Origin: a virus
Taxonomy: Duplodnaviria; Caudoviricetes
Reading direction: 5' to 3' (one strand)
IMG/VR virus record: IMGVR_UViG_3300005662_000008
Span: 1 to 32,490 of that record
DNA: 32,490 bases
The notes beneath the pieces were generated by a model. That model did not search any database. It had not been told where the DNA came from and worked only from the letters and a program-made list of their open reading frames with translations. The position numbers were made by a program, and so were the translations under genes. Shown here in pieces: positions 26,663 to 32,490 of the stretch. How positions within the stretch are numbered: the stretch's first letter is position 1; each line of letters opens with the position of its first letter.

Positions 26663-27128
26663 CGGCTCGGGGTGTGGTGTCGCTTACGATATCCTCCAGC
26701 TCGGCGCATAGCTCGATGAGGTCGTCGGAGGTCATGTCATACAGGTCATTGAGGTGGATGCCGTCGAACATGTCCTCCCACCGCACGTCTACCTGTGTCT
26801 CGATGGTGATTTCCCCGCTGACCCGGCCATAGCCGCCCGTGAGGTCCTCCTGCACCTCCACGTCCACGCTAATGCGCTCCTGCGTGCTCGTGAGGGCGTC
26901 CCGGACATCCTTAACCGCCTCTTGGTAGACGTGCTTGCACACCGCCTCGAGGTGCTGCCGGGTTAACAGGATGCCGTTCTCGCCACTTTCTTGACCTTGG
27001 CTAGGGGCGGCGTTAGACATGGCTGCGAGCGCCTCTGTGAGGGCTGCAATTTGCTTGCTGGCGTGGTCCAGCGCTTGAACCAAGTGGTTCATTGTGGCCG
27101 TGTGGCCTTCGTTAGTGGTTCCCATCAT
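26655..27128 (-). CDS. Acidic hypothetical protein
   Basis: 157 aa (alternative start 27092); Asp/Glu-rich C-terminal half. Confidence 0.65.
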   Translation of the reverse strand: MMGTTNEGHTATMNHLVQALDHASKQIAALTEALAAMSNAAPSQGQESGENGILLTRQHLEAVCKHVYQEAVKDVRDALTSTQERISVDVEVQEDLTGGYGRVSGEITIETQVDVRWEDMFDGIHLNDLYDMTSDDLIELCAELEDIVSDTTPRADA

Positions 27129-27150
27129 TGCTTGATTTAGGGAGGTTAAT

Positions 27151-27175
27151 GGGGAGCAGGACCCTCCTGCCCCCC
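27151..27175 (-). terminator. GC-rich stem-loop after ardC (terminator or processing/stability hairpin)
   Basis: Minus RNA GGGGGGCAGGA-GGG-UCCUGCUCCCC; weak U tail. Confidence 0.4.
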
Positions 27176-27183
27176 GGTTAGAA

Positions 27184-28092
27184 TTAGTTGCCTAGGATGT
27201 GCTCTACGGCTGCGCTCGCCTGCTGCGCCGCGTACACGACCATGCGAGGGTGGTCCTTGAGCTGCTTGACCCAGCCGTTGATGTAGGCCTGTGATTGGTC
27301 GGCGCGCCACTCGACTCCGGCCAGTGCGCTGAGGTACTCGGCGCCGATTTCGGCTACCAGCTCTTCCTGAGCGTAGCTGTCGGTGCCGAAGCCCTGCACG
27401 TCCACTACGCCTGCGCGCTTCAGGCGGGTCGTGTGACCCGTGCTGTGAATCATCTCGTGGAACAGCGTGTGGGCGTAAGCCTCTCCCGCCACGAAGGTGG
27501 TGGCCTCGGGCATCTGAATCAGGTCAGCAGAGGGGCGGTAGTAGGCCTTATTGCCCCCGTGGTTCAGGGTGGGGCGGTTAGCGTAGCCCTCCCACACCCA
27601 CTCCCATCCGGTGGCTGGTGTGAACTCGTCGCTCGTGGGGGCGACGCGACGCGGGTCGAGGCCCTCAACCTGAGCTACGTTGAACACGTTGTAGGAGCGG
27701 AGGGTCCAGCGCTCGTCGCACTCGGACTTCTTGATGCCCGCCTTCTTCAGCTCAGCCTCGGAGTACCACTTACCCGTCTCAGTGTGGCAGTAGGACACTA
27801 CCCAGTAGATGACGCAGGTGCTCTTGCTGCCCTTAGCGACCTTCCCGCCTGCCTCGCTCGCCTGCTTGAAGGTCATCCACTCGTTAGCGGTGAACCCGAA
27901 GTCAGTCATAGCTGCGTTCAGGAGGAAGACGTTGACACCCCGGTAGCGGGTCTTGGTAGCCCAGTTCATCGGAGCGTCATCGGCGCCGCCCCAAGGACGG
28001 AACCAAGACAGGCCGCGCTGCTGAAGGCCCTCGATGACACGCTGGGTGATTGACTCGTAGAGGTCGGTGCGGGTGGTGGTGGTGGTAGCCAT
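27184..28092 (-). CDS. ardC: ArdC-like antirestriction protein (ssDNA-binding domain plus zincin-like domain)
   Basis: LYESITQRVIEGL..WFRPW, YRGVNVFLL, WMTFKQA...GGKVAKG, YNVFNVAQVEG, AYYRPSADLIQMP, HEMIHSTGH, YAQEELVAEIGA. Confidence 0.92.
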   Translation of the reverse strand: MATTTTTRTDLYESITQRVIEGLQQRGLSWFRPWGGADDAPMNWATKTRYRGVNVFLLNAAMTDFGFTANEWMTFKQASEAGGKVAKGSKSTCVIYWVVSYCHTETGKWYSEAELKKAGIKKSECDERWTLRSYNVFNVAQVEGLDPRRVAPTSDEFTPATGWEWVWEGYANRPTLNHGGNKAYYRPSADLIQMPEATTFVAGEAYAHTLFHEMIHSTGHTTRLKRAGVVDVQGFGTDSYAQEELVAEIGAEYLSALAGVEWRADQSQAYINGWVKQLKDHPRMVVYAAQQASAAVEHILGN

Positions 28093-28125
28093 GGCTGGTG
28101 TGGTTGGTTGGTTTGTTTGACGGCA

Positions 28126-28158
28126 CTAAGATGGGGTGATTGCGAACGGAAAACCAAA
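28126..28158 (-). promoter_or_regulatory. Bacteroidota-type promoter for ardC (variant)
   Basis: TTTG-N21-CATCTTAG with an upstream A/T tract; same AATTTGG context and spacing as the 29544-29576 promoter. Confidence 0.55.
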
Positions 28159-28193
28159 TTTTCCTTTGACTTTTTTTTGCTTTCCTAGCCCGC

Positions 28194-28466
28194 TTAGCGG
28201 ATGCGGACCATGATTGCAATGGCTAGCGCTTGGAGGCTAGGATGTAGCTTGACTCCAGCCGCTCGTGCCTCGTGCACGTACTGCCAAACCACGTGCTTGA
28301 TAGGGAAGGGACACTCCATCAGGAAGTCCAGCTTCGCGGCTGCGAGCAGGCCCGTGTCCTGCGCTACGTGTAGGTTGAGGACCTCCGCGAACTGCTGGCG
28401 GTCCGCGCACCAGTTCCAGTCCTCTGCGAGGTCCCGGAGGCGCTGTGGGTCGAGTGCGTTAATCAC
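28194..28466 (-). CDS. Early hypothetical protein
   Basis: 90 aa; GTGA overlap with the upstream gene. Confidence 0.55.
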   Translation of the reverse strand: MINALDPQRLRDLAEDWNWCADRQQFAEVLNLHVAQDTGLLAAAKLDFLMECPFPIKHVVWQYVHEARAAGVKLHPSLQALAIAIMVRIR

Positions 28467-28738
28467 CGGAGGTCAACGTATACGTGAACAGGGCAGCAGG
28501 TCGAGTAGTGGTCACCCACTACGCACCGGGTGAAGTGCGGTTCATAGTCGCACTCTAGGTACACCCGTGCACGCGCAGCCTCTACCGTCATCTCGTGGTT
28601 CCAAGCCACGCTCTCTACGATGCCCTTGAGCCAGTCGTTGAGCTGTACGGATTCGGTTTCGTTCAGGCCGGAGTAGTCGGCGTTGACGATGGCACTAGAG
28701 TAGTGCTCGCCTACTGAGAAGGTATCGAATAGTTCCAT
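28463..28738 (-). CDS. Early hypothetical protein with Cys-containing C-terminus
   Basis: 91 aa; SAIVNADYSGLNETE...EPHFTRC. Confidence 0.7.
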   Translation of the reverse strand: MELFDTFSVGEHYSSAIVNADYSGLNETESVQLNDWLKGIVESVAWNHEMTVEAARARVYLECDYEPHFTRCVVGDHYSTCCPVHVYVDLR

Positions 28739-28770
28739 GGTAGGGGTTGTTCTAGGTGAAGGTGAGAAAG

Positions 28771-29004
28771 TTAAATCTCGTTAGCCTTTCGGTTCAGCTC
28801 ATCCTTTACGTAAGGGCACGCTTCAAGGAAGCGGGTCCACTCAGCATCCGGGTTAACTTCAAGCGTCATGTCGCTGTACTCGATGGTCAGGTACTTGACG
28901 AACTCGATGCGTGCCCACGCTACCGTGGGGGTGAAAGACATCTCGAAGGCAATGTCACTCAGGTGTGAAGCGACGAGGAGGCGGAGGGAGGTGGTGTAGG
29001 ACAT
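28771..29004 (-). CDS. Early hypothetical protein
   Basis: 77 aa; conserved leader GTCAAAC-N6-AACCACACCA. Confidence 0.7.
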   Translation of the reverse strand: MSYTTSLRLLVASHLSDIAFEMSFTPTVAWARIEFVKYLTIEYSDMTLEVNPDAEWTRFLEACPYVKDELNRKANEI

Positions 29005-29039
29005 TGTGGTGTGGTTGAGGGTGTTTGACTGGTTGGTGA

Positions 29040-29255
29040 TTAGAGGGCCGGGATGAAGCTGCGAGCGAAGTCCAGTGCGTCTGAGACGACTACGTCAGTG
29101 ATGTCAACGCTGTAGTACTCGCAGGCCAGCTCCAGTGCGTGGTGGAATCGGTCCATGGTAGGCGTCAGTCCGTTGACGTGCTTCCATGTGAACAGGATGT
29201 CGCTTGCGTGTTGGGCTGCGAGCGCTTCGGTCGAGGTGAGGTTGATGAAGTCCAT
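29040..29255 (-). CDS. Early hypothetical protein
   Basis: 71 aa; conserved leader GTCAAAC-N5-AACCACACCA. Confidence 0.7.
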   Translation of the reverse strand: MDFINLTSTEALAAQHASDILFTWKHVNGLTPTMDRFHHALELACEYYSVDITDVVVSDALDFARSFIPAL

Positions 29256-29287
29256 GGTGGTGTGGTTGAGAGGTTTGACAGGTTTGA

Positions 29288-29515
29288 TTAGCCAGCGATG
29301 GTGTAGACGGGGCGGATAGCGTAGCCGCGAACCCCGTTGTAGTCGGTACGTGGGTAGTACGCCTCGAAGTAGCCCTCCGGCACGCTGTCGTAGCGAACCG
29401 CGATGTACTCCTCGCCGTGCTTGATGTCGGTGAATACAACTACGCCTTGCTCGTACTGGTTAGTGTCAGGGTTGACTCCGATGACGCGCTGGCCGGGGGT
29501 GAAGGGGTGGCTCAT
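29288..29515 (-). CDS. First early gene, SH3-like small protein
   Basis: Likely start MSHPFTPGQRVIG at 29515, directly after the promoter and AACCACACA leader. Confidence 0.7.
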   Translation of the reverse strand: MSHPFTPGQRVIGVNPDTNQYEQGVVVFTDIKHGEEYIAVRYDSVPEGYFEAYYPRTDYNGVRGYAIRPVYTIAG

Positions 29516-29543
29516 TGTGTGGTTGTTTGTTGTTTGAACACCG

Positions 29544-29576
29544 CAAAGATAAGCCCTAAACCAAATACAATCCAAA
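29544..29576 (-). promoter_or_regulatory. Consensus Bacteroidota sigma-ABfr-type early promoter
   Basis: TTTG (-33)-N21-TATCTTTG (-7, TAnnTTTG), with upstream A/T tracts at 29577-29597. Confidence 0.8.
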
Positions 29577-29628
29577 TTTATTTTTGAGAAATTTTTGGTT
29601 TGCCTATGCTGCTAGGCGTTTGCAGGGC

Positions 29629-29678
29629 AAAAAAAAATCAGCCCCCACTGGCGTCGAATACGCTCGGGAGGGCTGATT
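29629..29678 (-). terminator. Intrinsic terminator separating late/lysis and early regions
   Basis: AAUCAGCCC...GGGCUGAUU stem with inner GCGU/ACGC pairing, running into a U9 tract. Confidence 0.8.
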
Positions 29679-29712
29679 AGGGTCAAACAAACTGGGAACC
29701 ACACCAGTTCTA
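29629..29712 (-). ncRNA. Candidate ~85-nt antisense sRNA against early-gene leaders
   Basis: Candidate promoter CTTG-N19-TACCTTCG (29715-29745); hairpin AACUGG-UGUGGUUC-CCAGUU; complementary to leaders at 28095-28121, 29007-29029, 29258-29279; ends in the terminator. Confidence 0.55.
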
Positions 29713-29723
29713 GGCGAAGGTAG

Positions 29724-29954
29724 CTATTCCTCCATGAAACTCAAGCACAGGGGCAGGACCCCTACCGCGCACATAGCCACAGCCTCCCACGTTACCCCGT
29801 GGGCCACTACGTCATTGCAGGCGGTAGCCGCAATCACGCCGCCTACGGTGCGCTTAGCGGACCAGCGCTTGAGGTCGCCCTTGGTCTTGAAGGCCTCCGT
29901 GATGTCGAGCGCGCTTATACTAGATAACACACGCGTCCATGGGCGAGCGCTCAT
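29724..29954 (-). CDS. Small membrane protein, holin-like
   Basis: 76 aa with two hydrophobic segments; lysis module. Confidence 0.55.
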   Translation of the reverse strand: MSARPWTRVLSSISALDITEAFKTKGDLKRWSAKRTVGGVIAATACNDVVAHGVTWEAVAMCAVGVLPLCLSFMEE

Positions 29955-30112
29955 CGCTTACGGCGGTCGGGGACGAACCCGTCTATCAGGCGGTCGATAA
30001 GCGTGAAGACCTTGTTGTCGTGCTCCGTAGGGGTGATGTTGACGATGACCTTGAACAGGGCCATAGTGGCGAGCAGCAGCTCAGCCCAGTGGTTGATTAG
30101 GATGTCTTTCAT
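29951..30112 (-). CDS. Small membrane protein, holin-like (53 aa, MKDILINHWAELLLATMALFKVIVNITPTEHDNK...)
   Basis: Manual translation; ATGA overlaps on both sides; one TM segment and a basic tail; absent from the ORF track. Confidence 0.7.
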   Translation of the reverse strand: MKDILINHWAELLLATMALFKVIVNITPTEHDNKVFTLIDRLIDGFVPDRRKR

Positions 30113-30537
30113 GGGTTAGAGATTAGGTGGGGGAACTTAGCGGAAACCTTGAAGCTAGGGCAGGCCTTAGCATCGGTGTAGTCGTTGTGCCCAGCTACCG
30201 CGAAGTGTTTGAGAAACGCGTGCCTGAGCGTGTGCACGAGGGCGGTGAAGCTGGCCTGCTGTGCGGGGTTCATCGTGTCCTTGGGCTTGCCCTTGGGGTC
30301 CACCCCTCCGACGTACACGACACCGATTTGATGGTTGTGGCCCTTCGTGTGCGAACCCGTGCGCGTGAGCGGGCGACCCGGCTCAATCACCCCATCGGCC
30401 CGGATGACGTAATGGTACCCGACGTCTGACCACCCCCTGTCGCGGTGCCACTGGCGGATGGTCGCAGCCCCAATTTTGGGGTCCGGCTGACTGGCTGTGC
30501 AGTGGAGAATGATGGTGTCTGCGGGGATGATTTCCAT
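30109..30537 (-). CDS. Endolysin, N-acetylmuramoyl-L-alanine amidase (T7 lysozyme-like)
   Basis: IILHCTAS, WHRDRGWSDVGYHYVI, GSHTKGHN, GHND...KACPSF. Confidence 0.93.
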   Translation of the reverse strand: MEIIPADTIILHCTASQPDPKIGAATIRQWHRDRGWSDVGYHYVIRADGVIEPGRPLTRTGSHTKGHNHQIGVVYVGGVDPKGKPKDTMNPAQQASFTALVHTLRHAFLKHFAVAGHNDYTDAKACPSFKVSAKFPHLISNP

Positions 30538-30547
30538 GGGGTCCTAA

Positions 30548-30656
30548 TTTGCCGTTTGAGGTACTTTTTCTGCCGTTTCCGGCATTCTAGCCGTTTCTCT
30601 AGGGCTTCGGTTATTTCTTCTGAGAAGTGCTTATTGGCTGATTCTCTAGGCGTTAC
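30548..30656. repeat. Non-coding element family 2, copy 2
   Basis: Colinear with 7092-7200. Confidence 0.75.
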
Positions 30657-30892
30657 AAACGTGTTTTTCTTGGGGCGGGTTCATGGCTGTCAAGGCCGTT
30701 GCGGGCCAACATCAGCTTGATTTCGGTCACCAACGACACCAGTTCACGCAGGGTTTGGCGCACCTCATCGTGGCCCGCCTCCAGCGCATCCACCCGACCT
30801 CTCAGCCGGGTAAGCTCGTTGTTCACCTTCACCCACTGCGCCACCAATGCCAGCAGCAAGGTCAGCGCCACACCCAACGTGTCGAGGTTCAT
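30653..30892 (-). CDS. Membrane-anchored coiled-coil protein (lysis-associated?)
   Basis: N-terminal TM segment followed by heptad repeats; upstream of the endolysin. Confidence 0.6.
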   Translation of the reverse strand: MNLDTLGVALTLLLALVAQWVKVNNELTRLRGRVDALEAGHDEVRQTLRELVSLVTEIKLMLARNGLDSHEPAPRKTRL

Positions 30893-31101
30893 GACTGCGG
30901 CTTGAGGTCATCGGGCCAATCCGGCGGCACCCCCGTGACGGGTCGATAGAAGATGTCTTCAGTGTCCTCGTACCAGTCGCCGATGTGAATGTTGAGGTCA
31001 ACATCTTGGACCACCGCGTCATGCGGGTGAGGGTAGTTTGGGGCTTCGTCTGCGACGATGCGGTCAATGACGTAGTTCCCCTTGATTACGACGTATATCA
31101 T
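30889..31101 (-). CDS. Small acidic protein, probable fibre/adhesin chaperone
   Basis: Likely start MIYVVIKGNYVIDRIV at 31101 (TAATG overlap); IGDWY...FYRP; follows the Gly-rich gene. Confidence 0.6.
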   Translation of the reverse strand: MIYVVIKGNYVIDRIVADEAPNYPHPHDAVVQDVDLNIHIGDWYEDTEDIFYRPVTGVPPDWPDDLKPQS

Positions 31102-32060
31102 TAGATAGTGTATTCGATTACAAAGCAAAGACCTCCAGCCCCGCTACCACCCGCACCACTAGCGTTACCATTCCGGGAACCACCCCCTCCTGAACCCGCT
31201 CCTCCGTACAAGCCCCCGTTGCCCCCGTTGCCACCTGTGCCAGTGATGGAGCTTGCGCCACTGCCGCCACTGACACCTAGCTTGTAACTCGGTGATAGGG
31301 CCGCGATACGGGGAGGCCATACCATGCGGTCTACCGCGTTATTGGTGCCGTTCAACCCGTTCGCGCCCGCTGCTCCGCCTCCCTGAATCCTTGTGGTGGC
31401 GGTTCCATTGAACAAGTAAAACTGGTTGCCTTGGTTGCCTGTACCGATGGAGTTTGCGGTGTTGTTGCCGCCTCCTGATGGCGCTCCTAATACGTTGACT
31501 ATTTGGTCTCCGAAGTTGGTTGCCAATGACTGCGACTGACCCGAAGAACCCTGTCCTCCAGCAGCGCTGGCGCTTCTGCCCTCTGAACCCGGAAAGCTAC
31601 CCCAACCATAGGCGGGAGTGTGGCTATTAATCTGACGTTGCCCGCCGCCCAATCGGTTAGTTGCGCCTAACCCTCCCAATGCCATACAATGCGACCCAAA
31701 TGACGTGTTGCCGCCTGTGCCTCCATTGTTGCCTACGGTGCTTGCCGTTAACTGCGGTGTGCCCCCCGTTCCCCCTGCTCCGATAGTTACGGTCTCGGTA
31801 GCGCCTAGTGAAGCTGCCATGACCTGTGTCCACGAGATAGATGGCGCGCCTCCCCCGCCTCCGCCGGGTGCTGCAACGCCACTTCCGAACTGCCCGCCCG
31901 ATGCGCCCCCACCGCCTGCGCCTAGACACAGAACCTCGATAAAGACAAGGCCCGATGGCTTCGTCCACGTGGTGCCACTTACGTATTCCCGTAGGGTTTG
32001 GGTGAGGGTCCCGCCGCCCCCGCTGGGGTTGTTCGCGGGCAACGCGAATTCGCCTATCAT
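31101..32060 (-). CDS. Glycine-rich tail adhesin/receptor-binding-like protein
   Basis: TWTKPSG...EVLCLGAGGGGASG, TVTIGAGGTGG, GGNTSFGS and C-terminal GGSGAGGLCFVIEY. Confidence 0.75.
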   Translation of the reverse strand: MIGEFALPANNPSGGGGTLTQTLREYVSGTTWTKPSGLVFIEVLCLGAGGGGASGGQFGSGVAAPGGGGGGAPSISWTQVMAASLGATETVTIGAGGTGGTPQLTASTVGNNGGTGGNTSFGSHCMALGGLGATNRLGGGQRQINSHTPAYGWGSFPGSEGRSASAAGGQGSSGQSQSLATNFGDQIVNVLGAPSGGGNNTANSIGTGNQGNQFYLFNGTATTRIQGGGAAGANGLNGTNNAVDRMVWPPRIAALSPSYKLGVSGGSGASSITGTGGNGGNGGLYGGAGSGGGGSRNGNASGAGGSGAGGLCFVIEYTI

Positions 32061-32490
32061 TGCTTGTAGATGTTCAGTGTGACCGTAATGCTAGCCGCCG
32101 GAAGGTTCGTGCTGTAAATCTTGACTGCACCTGCGCTGCTGTCCGTCTGTGGCAACATCTGCGCGGTACGTATGGTGGCGGCACTAGCGTTGTCCGGGAT
32201 GATGTTGACGATGCTAGTGGAGGTAATGGCCGCGTCAGATATGCTCGCCTCGTAGACACCCGACACCAAGCTCCACGCGCCTGTGGCGACGGTCTTCCCG
32301 GTAACTTGAGTGATGGACGGGATGGTGGGCTTGTTCAGGATTTGCGCATCCCCACTGACTGCGGTCCAATCTGCATTGACATTTACCTCAGCCCCGGCTG
32401 CGATGCCGTCTAGCTTGGTTTTGTCAGACGCGGACATTGAACCCGCTACACTCGTGGTGGCCGCCGTAATGCTGATGGCCGGGGTGGTCC
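32057..32490 (-). CDS. Tail fibre protein, C-terminal part (continuation of 1..1097)
   Basis: KLDGIAAGAEVNVNADWTAVSGDAQILNKP followed by a beta-rich terminal domain; in frame across the join. Confidence 0.8.
   Translation of the reverse strand, partial: TTPAISITAATTSVAGSMSASDKTKLDGIAAGAEVNVNADWTAVSGDAQILNKPTIPSITQVTGKTVATGAWSLVSGVYEASISDAAITSTSIVNIIPDNASAATIRTAQMLPQTDSSAGAVKIYSTNLPAASITVTLNIYKQ
32391..32490. repeat. Terminal direct repeat (assembly overlap), copy 2
   Basis: Identical to 1-100. Confidence 0.97.

Noticed and set aside
13-32413. Many plus-strand ORFs (e.g. 13..654, 3966..4643, 27295..28053)
   Set aside because: They are antisense shadows of well-supported minus-strand genes in GC-rich DNA, with no recognisable motifs
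31101-32490. Diversity-generating retroelement acting on fibre genes
   Set aside because: No reverse transcriptase and no adenine-specific TR/VR pair; the fibre repeats differ synonymously at all bases
1-32490. Stop-codon reassignment suggested by frequent TAG/CTAG
   Set aside because: Genes are full length and tightly packed under the standard code; TAG falls out of frame or on the antisense strand

Overview
The window is an apparently complete, circularly permuted genome (about 32,390 bp; bases 1-100 repeat exactly at 32391-32490) of a tailed, probably siphovirus-like phage. All credible genes are on the minus strand. TAnnTTTG-type promoters and the lack of clear Shine-Dalgarno motifs point to a GC-rich Bacteroidota host. 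In transcription order: early genes with ArdC (29.5-24.9 kb); replication and regulation (SSB-like, HTH, initiator with 22-bp iterons, NinG, sigma factor); a DNA-hypermodification and packaging cluster (ParB-like, PLP enzyme, amino acid:DNA transferase-kinase fusion, TET/JBP dioxygenase, TerS, GP88-like, TerL); tail genes; head genes; tail fibre across the contig join; lysis genes. I found no integrase, DNA polymerase, methyltransferase or nucleotide-metabolism genes. Main highlights: (1) a candidate fully post-replicative, TET/JBP-initiated pyrimidine hypermodification pathway; (2) three helically phased AAGAGT/ACTCTT arrays spaced roughly a third of the genome apart; (3) a candidate ~85-nt trans-acting antisense RNA complementary to several early-gene leaders; (4) a second pair of homologous ~110-bp non-coding elements; (5) apparent GATC/CCWGG avoidance with CTAG excess. 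All calls come from reading motifs by eye; no database searches were run.
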